Below, piece after piece: positions 53,690 to 64,000 of a DNA stretch of 64,000 nucleotides (the stretch's first letter is position 1; the number at the start of each line of letters is the position of its first letter). A model generated the notes under the pieces. It was not told where the DNA came from, ran no database searches, and saw only the letters and a program-made list of their open reading frames with translations. The translations under genes were made by a program, and so were the position numbers. Origin of the DNA: Narcine bancroftii (Eukaryota). The stretch lies in NCBI RefSeq assembly GCF_036971445.1, contig NC_091476.1, positions 27,714,001-27,778,000 on the forward strand, read 5' to 3'.

Positions 53690-55040
53690 AAGCCTTCGAC
53701 ACCGTGAGCAGGAAAGGGCTTTGGCAAATACTAGAGCGCATCGGATGTCCCCCAAAGTTCCTCAACATGATTATCCAACTGCACGAAAACCAACAAGGTC
53801 GGGTCAGATACAGCAATGAGCTCTCTGAACCCTTCTCCATTAACAATGGTTTGAAGCAAGGCTGTGTTCTCGCACCAACCCTCTTTTCAATCTTCTTCAG
53901 CATGATGCTGAACCAAGCCATGAAAGACCCCAACAATGAAGACGCTGTTTACATCCGGTACCGCACGGATGGCAGTCTCTTCAATCTGAGGCGCCTGCAA
54001 GCTCACAGCAAGACACAAGAGAAACTTGTCCGTGAACTACTCTTTGCAGACGATGCCGCTTTAGTTGCCCATTCAGAGCCAGCTCTTCAGCGCTTGATGT
54101 CCTGCTTTGCGGAAACTGCCAAAATGTTTGGCCTGGAAGTCAGCCTGAAGAAAACTGAGGTCCTCCATCAGCCAGCTCCCCACCATGACTACCAGCCCCC
54201 CCACATCTCCATCGGGCACACAAAACTCAAAACGGTCAACCAGTTTACCTATCTCGGCTGCACCATTTCATCAGATGCAAGGATCGACAATGAGATAGAC
54301 AACAGACTCGCCAAGGCAAATAGCGCCTTTGGAAGACTACACAAAAGAGTATGGAAAAACAACCAACTGAAAAACCTCACAAAGATAAGCGTATACAGAG
54401 CCGTTGTCATACCCACACTCCTGTTTGGCTCCGAATCATGGCTCCTCCACCGGCACCACCTACGGCTCCTAGAACGCTTCCACCAGCGTTGTCTCCGCTC
54501 CATCCTCAACATCCATTGGAGCGCTTTCATCCCTAACGTCGAAGTACTCGAGATGGCAGAGGTCGACAGCATCGAGTCCACGCTGCTGAAGATCCAGCTG
54601 CGCTGGATGGGTCACGTCTCCAGAATGGAGGACCATCGCCTTCCCAAGATCGTGTTATATGGCGAGCTCTCCACTGGCCACCGTGACAGAGGTGCACCAA
54701 AGAAGAGGTACAAGGACTGCCTAAAGAAATCTCTTGGTGCCTGCCACATTGACCACCGCCAGTGGGCTGATAACGCCTCAAACCGTGCATCTTGGCGCCT
54801 CACAGTTTGGCGGGCAGCAACCTCCTTTGAAGAAGACCGCAGAGCCCACCTCACTGACAAAAGGCAAAGGTGGAAAAACCCAACACCCAACCCCAACCAA
54901 CCAATTTTCCCCTGCAACCGCTGCAACCGTGTCTGCCTGTCCCGCATCGGACTTATCAGCCACAAACGAGCCTGCAGCTGACATGGACTTTTTACCCCCT
55001 CCTTAAATCTTCGTCCGCGAAGCCAAGCCAAAGAAGAAGA
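53690..55040 (+). mobile_element. Young 5'-truncated RTE LINE with open RT/C-terminal ORF (53704-54981)
   Basis: 425-aa ORF with GLKQGCVLAPTLF, LLFADDAAL, FTYLG and a C-terminal C2H2-like motif; (AAG)n tail; CpGs retained. Confidence 0.95.
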
Positions 55041-56604
55041 AACATGGTGTAATTACAACAAGAAAGTTAGCTGTAAAATCATGTCTCCCAAGTACTTTAT
55101 TTTGTCCTCCCACTTACAAAAGGGACACGACATGGTGGCATCAGTGAATGATGTTGAAGACCATGCCATACAGTTCCCTACAAACACTAGAAATATACTT
55201 AAAAAAAAATCTCTTGATTGCCAGTGCGGAAAGAAATGGCAAACGCGGCGGCAGCGGTGTTGCACTCGGTAGGGGACTGGGAAGCTGATGACATCGTAGA
55301 AACCTTCAAGACATTTTGGCAGAAGTGCAACCTGGCTTTTGAAAGCTTCCTCAAAGGGGCCACACAGGAGGAAAAGGTTAGTTATTTCCTTCTCTGGATG
55401 AGGGAGCAAAGACTAGCTAGACGTATTCAACAGCTGGGAGCTTGCCGGGATGGAAGAGAATGATCCAGAGAATATATTTGAGAAATTCTCCTCTTTCCTG
55501 GAACCTAGATCTAACCACAGAATTAAATTAAATGAATTCCAGAGCCTAAAACAAGAACCCAATGAGACAGTGGATTGGCTGAAGAATGTTGCGACAAAAT
55601 GCAAATTCAAGGAAATTGAAGACAGGCTAATCAACCAACTGATCTGGGGAAGCGCCCATCCCGATGTACAAAGGGCTCTTATAGGGAAGGATAGCTTAAA
55701 GCTGGCAGATGCAGTAGACACACCTAGGGTCTTTGAGGCCACCAGGAGGAAAATGCAGTCCCTCTCAATACAGGCTACACACAAAGAGATGGAAGGGCTG
55801 ATGCTATGAAGCACACACCAAGAAAGGCACAAAATCCCAAGACCTGCAGGAGCTGTGGCAGACTACACCCCCTCAAAGAAATGCCTCGCAAATGATTCTA
55901 AATGCAGACCTGTGGGAAGGCCAATCACTGGGAAAAAATGTGCACATCTGGTATGAAGAAAGCAAGAATGAAGAAAGGATACAAGAAAAAAATACATTAT
56001 GTTGATGAAAGTGACAACGGTGACTCCAATACACTGACGCTAGACATAGAAATTTCACACGAGATGGTAAAGAGTGAAAATGGAGAAAGAAATGAGTTGC
56101 ACACTACAATCCAAGTAAAGAGAATAATCAGAAATAGGTGTACAACATTCAACCTGAAAGTAAAGCTGGACACTGGATTGCAAAGCAATGTCCTTCCACT
56201 CAGACTACCACCCGATGTTCCCTGAAAACATAATGAATGGATACCCGAAGAAAGGCTGCAAACATCACACTCACAGTCTCTAGTGGACTTGTGATCAAAC
56301 CAAAACCATAAAGGAAAGAACATCACGTGTACATTCTTCACGGCAGGTGCTGACGGACCAGCAATTCTAGGTCGGAATAGCTGTCAGGAGTTACAATTAA
56401 TCTCAGTAAAACCATGAGATCCATGAGAAGAAAATGTCCAAGAGAATGAACATTGACACTCCGCTTAAGCACCGCCCCCCGATCACAAACAAGGTTGAGC
56501 TCATGAACGAGTACCCTGAATACTCCGATTGATACCGTTGTGTGCTTTGGAGACTTTGAGTACCACATCGCTGTAGGCCCAGATTGTAAACCAGTAGTTC
56601 ATGC

Positions 56605-56830
56605 TGTGGTGCAACCACTATATTGTATGTATTTTATAAGCTAGCCCACCCCCTGAACCTGTGACTCCTCCCTCCTGGAAATCCCTATAAAGGCTGTAAC
56701 GCCTAAACTCCTCCCTCAGTATCTGCCTTGGAACTGGGCCAGCAACATGCGAGATGTGTTGACGTCTTAAGGAGATTAAATGCTATTAATCACAACTCTC
56801 TGTCTAATGTGGTTGATGGATAGCGCTACA
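56605..56830 (+). mobile_element. Solo LTR of a second family inserted in the Gypsy pol
   Basis: TG...CA ends with inverted termini TGTGGTGC/GCGCTACA; perfect 5-bp TSD CATGC; internal TATAAA. Confidence 0.9.
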
Positions 56831-57462
56831 CATGCTCCATGGGAAGTGCCGTTAGAGCTTAAAAAAAAAGATAGAACAAGAACTGAAGGAAATGGAGAAA
56901 AAGCAAGTGATAGCATAAGTAATGGAGCCGACTGACTGGGTAAAATCTACAAAGTGGAGAAGCAACATCCTGCCGCCAGTGTGATTTCGCTGAAAATACG
57001 TGAAATTAGGACATTTTATTTTATAGTTAAAATGTTTTATTCACATTTTAAGTAAAGGGTAAAGAAGCGCTAACTATTTTTTTTAAAGGAGGGATGCTCT
57101 ATACTCAAGATACCTGTGACTATTTTGTTGCTAGGAGCATGAATACTGTAATGGCCAAATCACACACGAGTGGTGGATGTGCACAGCCGCATTAAAGTAT
57201 TGTTACACACGGCAGTAAATGTAGCTAATTACAAGAAAGTTAGCTGTAAAATCGCGTCTCCCGAAGTGCTTTATTTTGTCCTCCCACTTACAAAAGAGGC
57301 ATGATATATGTTCAACCTCGAATTCAGCTATTCTTGCAGAAGAATACAAAAGATCCATCTGAGTTATTTTGAATAAAAGTAAAACTTCTTCTGGCTAATA
57401 TACTTTGAAAAAGCATTATAGTTTTTGTTGGTGCCATCACATTAGTTATGTGGGCAGCTAAA

Positions 57463-57851
57463 CAGGAAAGTCTGCAGATGCTGGGGTCCAGTGCAATACA
57501 CAAAAGTGCTGGAAAAACTCAGCTGTCTACAGGAAATAAAGGGTCATCATCATTTCGGGCCTGAGCCCTTCATCAAGGTATAAGCAAAAAAGCAGACAGG
57601 CTCCTGAATAAAAAGGTGGGGGGAGGAGAGGAGCTCTTACAACCTTTTATGACTTACCTGTTAGCCTGTGCTCCTCCCCCTTCCCCTTCCTCCTTCCTCT
57701 ACTCTCCTCCCCCACTGTTTTATTCAGGCGCTTTGGCTGCTTTTTGCTTATATCTTGATGAAGGGCTCAGGCTCGAAATGTTGGTTACCCTTCCCTTTGC
57801 ATAGATGCTGTGTGTGCTGTTGAGTTTCTTCAGCACTTTTGCATTTTGCAC
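57463..57851. mobile_element. Penelope-derived fold-back element (two inverted pseudo-LTRs)
   Basis: Left arm AAAAGTGCTGGAAAAACTCAGC..TTTCGGGCCTGAGCCCTTCATCAAG..CCTGAATAAA is mirrored by the right arm. Confidence 0.7.
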
Positions 57852-59999
57852 TTTATGTGGACATTTGCTTTCCTGACACATTTCTGTATCCACAATACTA
57901 CTTGAGAATGAAATATATTTGAAAATGTAGCGGCAGAAAAAGATGTGACCTGAATGCAAACCTCTTCAAAATCTCCTGCCAGAATAAATTGACCTACATT
58001 TCTTTTAGAGGCCTATTGTTCACAGAAAGGCTCTAATGACAAATGTACTTGGTTACCACCACGTTCTCAAACTTATTGTATTGTAGAACTCCATTGACAG
58101 AATGAAACAAAACTCTTTCTGCAATTCTGTAAAAGATTGCAACATTGGACGTGCTCGGGAATAGTGCCACAATTATTGGCTCAAAGAATTTTCTATGGCA
58201 TAACCATCATCAGAGAATTGCCAAGAATGGCTGCAATATTCAAAAAGAGCTTTTCCTTTCATTGATCATATCCATCATTGGTGCATCACAGCATCTTCTC
58301 TGGGCATCTTTCACTAAATAGCTTCTCCTGTCAATATAAGACAGTTCCTTTTGATCAGCATAGAATAATTCAGTAAGTGGCTGCTATACACTCCAGGAAA
58401 TTCCAAAATCTGATTTCAAATTCACATGAACATGTTTCTGACAGATTAATGGCAGGGGAGTTAAATTGATATTAGTTACCATGGGAATGAAGAATGTTAT
58501 AAAAAGCACACCAGGGTCCCAACTTCTTATTGCTATGTAATGTCCCTACCAGAAATGAATGAACAGTGAATAAGGGGAGGATTGTCTTCAGCTTCAGTGC
58601 TCCAAGATCTTACCAGTACATTGGTGATTCAAGTAAAGTTACAGTGCAAATTGAGATCATTCAGTCCATTGCATGATGGTTGAAAAACAACTATCAGACT
58701 AATTCCACTTCCCAGCTTTCAATCTTGTGACCTTGCAAGTTATAAGACACTTGTACTCTTTTCAAATGCTCCTCCACCACCCCTCAGAGGAGCTGGGCTT
58801 CACATTTATGGTCCATACCAAATTACTCTTTAATAGAAATAAAAACAAAAATTCTTGAAGTAATCAGCTAGCCAGACAACATCTGCTGAGAAAGATAGAA
58901 TTATTTTTTACCTATTGATGATCTTTCAAGAGTTGAAAAATGCTGTCAGATCTGCTAAATGTTTCCAGATTTTTGTGTTTTCATTTTAAATTACCAGCAT
59001 CTGTAGTATTTTGTTTTGGGATTACAGCTCTTAAACTGAGTATCTTGCTTGACCATTTCAGAAAGCACTTTAAGTGTCAATCACATATAACTGAGATAGG
59101 CTTATATGGTGATTTCCTACTCTTAACAGTAGTACTGAATTAGATTAGCTTTTACTATATATTTTATTTAGTTAGTCCAAACAGGATGAGATTCAAACAT
59201 TCTCTGGAGCCTTTTCCACCTAATTCAGCAAACTGCACAATTGTCCTCTTTACCAAGCTAAATCGGATGAATAGAAAAGAACCTTTAAAGTTTCTCAGTT
59301 GCATTCAGTGCTGAATGTACTCACAGCATTCTTGGCCAACAAAATAACCTTACGTTAGGCAATCTTTCCAGGCCTTGTTGCATCCTTATGAATCTCCCTG
59401 TACCATCACATCCACATTGCCACACAGTGTTTAGATCTGTATCCAATGCTTCAGCTGTGGCCAAACTAGTGCTTTTATATACAATAATTCTAAGGAGTAA
59501 AACATGAAAGTTTACAGACACTGTTATTGTAGTAAAAACGCAGGAATGCAGGAGGAACTCAGCAGATTTCACAGCATCCATAGGAGGTGAAGATATAGTT
59601 TCGGGCCTGAGCCCTTCTTCATGGTATAATTTACCTGCTTTATCTCCATGAAAAAAAAACTGACATTTAGCTTTTAAGAATGGGCTTTCAATTAGATTTG
59701 TTAGAAAAAGATCATATTTAGTTTTAATTTTGACACTTCGTTTACATAAAGCAGGGTCTGGAGCCAGAGCATACTTTTGATCTAATTGTTTCAGTTGGTT
59801 AGCTAAATCAGTTTTCTCTTTATTGGCCTTTTTCTAATACTTGCAGTATAAGAAATAATTTTCCCCCTAATAAAAGCCTTGAAAGCATCCCAGACAATAA
59901 GAGTGGAAATCTCTTCCTCAGTATTTTTTTCAAAAAGAAAGTAATTTGATCCTCCAAGAACTTAAAAAATTTTTTTTATCAGAAAGTAAGGTAGAATTA

Positions 60000-60620
60000 A
60001 AACATCAATATCTGTTTATTTGGGGAAGATCATGGAAGTTTAAAGATAAAAACAGAGGATCATGGTAAAAATTATTACATTTTTATATTCACAAGATTGA
60101 ATTAATGGGATAATTTGACTGTCAATAAAAAAAAATTAATCAATCTGAAAGTATGTGATTAACATAAGAAAAAAACAAATATTACCTATCTTCTGGATGA
60201 AAAAAGACACCAGACATAAATAATACCACATTTTAATAAAAAGAGATTGAATAAATAAAGCCAATCTATTCAAAATGGCTGGTTTAGAAGATGAATGGTC
60301 CAAAACTGGATTTAACCAGTCTCCTCCCACCACTAATGAGTAAAGCCTCAGATCAGGCAAGGATGAAAAAAACATTCAAAGTATCCAGGGTTATCCACAT
60401 TCGGAGCATAGACATTAGCAAACACTTTCAATTTAAAGTAGCCCATAGGGCCCATGTGACCAAAGTCAAACTATCTAGTTTTTAAGCAGATGTATTTCCT
60501 CATTGTGATAGATGCAACAATGGAGATACTTCACTAATTCATATGTTTTGGACATATCCGAGTCTTGGGAAATACTGGAAGGAAGTATTTCATATTTTTT
60601 CTGTACTTTTTAATCCTTGA
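60000..60620. mobile_element. L1 ORF2 fragments in both orientations
   Basis: Minus: VVGGD..NPVLDHSS (endonuclease). Plus: QFKVAHRAH..CDRC..LIHMFWT (zinc finger). Confidence 0.65.
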
Positions 60621-62290
60621 GTAAGTTTTGTGCCTACTCGAATAATATGAAAATTCCTTCTCTCTTGGGTGTTGCCTCCTCCATATCCATAAGTTTTATT
60701 TCCTGCATTGATTAAACCATAAAATTGGCTACTTTATTCTTTTTACTTGTCTTTTGTCCCATTTTATCCAACATTGGGTCCAATTTAAGGTTAAAATCCC
60801 CTCCTATCAATATATTTCCTTGTGTGTCTGCAATCTTCAAAAAAATATCCTGCATAAACTTTTGATCCTCCTCGTTAATAATCCTCCTCATATATAATGA
60901 GCAAATTCCAAAATTCTGAGTATATCTGACACTTTATCATTGCATACCTCCATGCTGGATCTATTATTTCCTCCTCTATTTTGATTGGTACATTTTTGTT
61001 AAATAGTATGGCTACAGCTCTAACTTTTGAATTATAGGATACTGCCATTACGTGTTCTACCCAGTCTCTCTTTAGCTTGTTATGTTCCGTTTCAGTTAGA
61101 TGCGTTTCCTGCACAAATGCTATATCTATTTTTTCCTTCTTCAATAAATTTAGTAGCCTCTTTCTTTTAATTTGGTTATGTATTCCATTAATGTTTATAG
61201 TCATATAGTTCAACATGGCCATCTTGTATCTTGCATAAACCTCTTTTCCACCTCTTCGCCACCTCCATCCCCCTTTTCCCCATTTTCATCTCTTCGTCTT
61301 CTCTTATTACACTTAGTGTATGACAACACATTTAAGACATAAAGTACCCCCGCAGTTCCCACATCCACTAATACCTTAACCCCAAAAGTTCCCCCCTCTC
61401 TGAGTTGCCCCATATCCCTTGCCGGGCAACCACAACTCCCCTTTTCATTTGGATTGCGATCTTGTTCACAGCATCAACTGATTTTGCAGTGACGGTTATT
61501 CCCCCTCTACCCAGCCCTCTCCAGAAAATACTTATTTTTACACATATAGCAAAGCACTCTCTCTTCTTTTTTCCCCCTTACTCCCTTCCTTCCCTTCTCT
61601 TTTCCCTCCTTAGTTCTTTACATATACATTGTTTTTACATCTTTATATATACTTTATCGCTGTTCTTCATTCTTGTTACATCTCATCTCTTCTGTCCTGC
61701 AAACGTTCTGTGAATTCTTGTGCTTTCTCTGGATTCGAGAACAGTCTATTTTGCTCCCCGGGTATAAATATTTTAAACATGGCTGGATGTCTTAATATGA
61801 ATTTGTAACCTTTTTTCCATAAAGTTGATTTTGCTGTATTAAATTCCTTCTTCCTCTTTAAGAGTTCAAAACTTATGTGTGGGTAAAAAAATATTTTTTG
61901 ACCCTTGTATTCCAATGGTTTATTATCTTATTCCTTGCACATTCCAGTATATTTTCTCTTGTCATGTATCTCAAACATTTTACAAAGATGGATCTTGGTT
62001 TTTGATGTGTCTGTGATTTCAGAGCTAATGCTCTGTGTGCCCTTTTTATTTCCATTTCTTCCTGCATTTCTGTCATTCCCAGGACCTTTGGGATCCATCC
62101 TTTTATAAATTCCTTCATGTCTGTACCTTCTTCACCCTCCTTCAGGCCCACTATTTTTATATTGTTTCATCTACTATAATTTTCCAACATATCAATTTTC
62201 TGAGATAACTTGTTATGCTTTGCTTTTTCCTAACTTTTTTCCTATTTTCCTGGAGAGGGCTGGTTTTCCTGACCTCCATCACGTGACTCC
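60620..62290 (-). mobile_element. L1-clade LINE 5' part: ORF1 and ORF2 endonuclease, degenerate
   Basis: ORF1 GLKEGEEG..EIKRAHR..PRSI and LRHPA; ORF2 NYMTININGI..KRKR..AFVQETHL. Confidence 0.88.
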
Positions 62291-62874
62291 TCCAGAGGTC
62301 AAATAAATTTGAGGTCAAGTTAGCAGCAAGGTGGACAAAGTATGGTGGTAGAGGCGAAGCCACATTGTTTGAAGAAGGAGGATATTCAAATTCACTGTCT
62401 CCTTTCACTGAGCTAAAAACTGTCCCCTCCCTCAATCAATTCTCACCTTTCCTCTCTCCTCTCCTCTTATCATATCCAATTAACACTTTTTGTCTGTTCA
62501 GCTGTACTCCACCCCCTCCCATTTTTCTCTTTCACCAGCCAGAAACTTATATATCTTTTTCTCCCATGAGCACTGCAAGATTTGCTGAGTTCCTCCAGCA
62601 TTTTTGTGTTTTTACTTTATATAGTTCTAACACAACCTCCTTCCTTTTATGTTCTGTGTTGCAGCCAACACAGGAAGGTATCTCTTCTTAACCATCTTTA
62701 CATATGTATTCCAAGATCTCTTTGTTCCTCTATGTGCAAAATTGGGTACATAAAAGGACGTAAATAATGGAAATGGACAAGGTGCCAAACACTAAAACAC
62801 ATCGCACCAAGAAGTGAATAACAGGATAGGGTTAAAACAGAAAGAAAACAACAGATGTTTTATAAAGCATCATA

Positions 62875-63245
62875 CATGACCCTAGGACATCCTTAAGTGC
62901 TTTACAGCCAACTAACCTTTTTAGTTGCAAAGGTAATGTGGGAAACACTGGTGGTCACATTTTAAAACTTCCACAATGTGATAATAATCAGTTAATCTGT
63001 TTTGTGTGATGTTGTCTTGGATAAATATTGGCACAATAAATCATTCCTTCTCTTCTTCAAAGTAGCCCCATGATATTTTTATGTCCACATGAGAAAGCAG
63101 ACAAACTGCTGGATCACAATTTAATATCTCACCTGAAAGGTGCCATTTCTTCAGTTTGAGCCTAGATTTTGTGCTTAACTTTCTGGAACTGGAATTGAAT
63201 CTACACTCTAACAGAGGCAGAAGTCCAACCAAGTGAGTCATTAAG
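62875..63245 (-). mobile_element. Old Deu-domain SINE (SacSINE1-like)
   Basis: AAGTGCTTTACAGCC, GATAAATATTGGC, TTTAATATCTCACCTGAAAG and CCTAGATTTTGTGCT segments resemble the reverse strand of Deu-SINEs; recalled, not aligned. Confidence 0.55.
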
Positions 63246-63649
63246 GAAAAAAGTCAAAAAGTCCAACCATGCTCTTGCATTCACTGTTAAATAAAAGTCC
63301 AACAAAAACACTTCACAGTAGCAGCTGGGATCAGTGAATATTTTTCATTCAATTTTTTGACCAGCAAAGGAAATCCAACAATGAAACTTAGGCATTTTGA
63401 TGCCACACTAGGGTGAAATGTTGGGAATATAGGCCTGTTTCTACAGTGGATTAAATAAAATCAACTGAGCTTTCAGAATATCACACATGATGTCCCCTGT
63501 TACACAGTGCATTTGACTTGAGTATTGTGTCATTAACTTGCCAAATATACCTAGTTTCAGAATTAAATGAGCACTAATAAAGTAATTAGATTTAATACTA
63601 TTACTTCATACTATATTATCTTAGTTAATGCATGTTAGTGTTTGTGGGC

Positions 63650-63900
63650 ATCAGGCTTGGCGTAGCAGTTAGCGCAATATCTTCACAGCGCCAGAGATCA
63701 AGAATGGACCAGGGTTCCAATCCCATGCTGACTGTAAGGAGTTTGTAAGCTCTCCCCATGTCTACGTGGGTTTCCTCCGGGAGCTCTGGTTTCCTCCCAG
63801 CGTTCAAAATGTATCGGGAGTATAGGTTAATGGGGTGTAAATTGGGCGGCACGGACTTGTGGGCTGAAATGGCCTGTTACCATGTTGTCTAATTTAAAAA
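63650..63900 (+). mobile_element. Full-length tRNA-derived V-SINE (HE1-like)
   Basis: A box TGGCGTAGCAG, B-box-like GGTTCCAATCC, V domain GTGGGTTTCCTCCGGGAGCTCTGGTTTCCTCCCA, CR1-like tail GGGCTGAAATGGCCTGTT. Confidence 0.85.
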
Positions 63901-64000
63901 AAATTAATAGTAGCTATTTTTTATTTCAAAACAGAAGGTCTCACTCCCCTTAAGTCGACCATGGAGTTTGAGCTCTTTACTCTTAAAGAGGGCCATTGCA

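Larger units (their letters stand above)
53587..57306 (+). mobile_element. Degenerate Gypsy LTR retrotransposon with internal pol deletion
   Basis: 5' LTR 53587-55132 (split by RTE) and 3' LTR 57095-57306; PBS TGGTGGCA at 55133; PPT AAAGGAGGGA before 57095; gag (KQEPNETVD..CKF..DRLINQLIWG, Zn knuckle) and protease KLDTG; imperfect TSD TATAT/TATGT. Confidence 0.88.

Noticed and set aside
53704-54981. Host gene or domesticated reverse transcriptase
   Set aside because: 5'-truncated RTE with non-ATG start and simple-repeat tail, inserted in an LTR
59321-59500. Candidate TMEM47-like exon 1 (minus-strand GTGAGT donor at ~59324)
   Set aside because: No frame resembles the TMEM47 N-terminus; could only be a non-coding or cryptic exon

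Overview
AT-rich, intron- and repeat-rich vertebrate genomic DNA, not prokaryotic. The repeat complement (HE1-type V-SINEs, Deu-domain SINEs, abundant CR1, Penelope-like, Rex1, RTE and L1 elements) points to a cartilaginous fish, probably a ray or skate (inference). Three spliced protein-coding genes can be read from the sequence. (1) A complete group XIIA secreted phospholipase A2 (PLA2G12A-like; minus strand, 4 coding exons, 27148->17113, 186 aa, catalytic His-Asp intact). (2) A complete PIN4/parvulin-14 (plus strand, 4 exons, 34985-38498, 129 aa). (3) The last two exons of a TMEM47-like gene (minus strand, 43600->41704; first coding exon not found in the window). There are three CpG-island promoters (~7.3-8.4 kb, ~28.2-29.3 kb, ~34.4-35.1 kb). 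The rest is mostly transposable-element debris, and most ORFs in the track are spurious or TE fragments. I found no clear new multi-gene system. The most interesting signals are an inverted pair of 5S-rRNA-headed SINEs with a Rex1-like tail, Penelope-associated minimal hammerhead ribozyme motifs, a perfect 82-bp triplication over the PIN4 stop codon, a candidate divergent first exon at the PIN4 promoter, possible vertebrate ohnologs lost in mammals, and a four-element nested TE stack. TE boundaries are estimated by eye unless a TSD is quoted.
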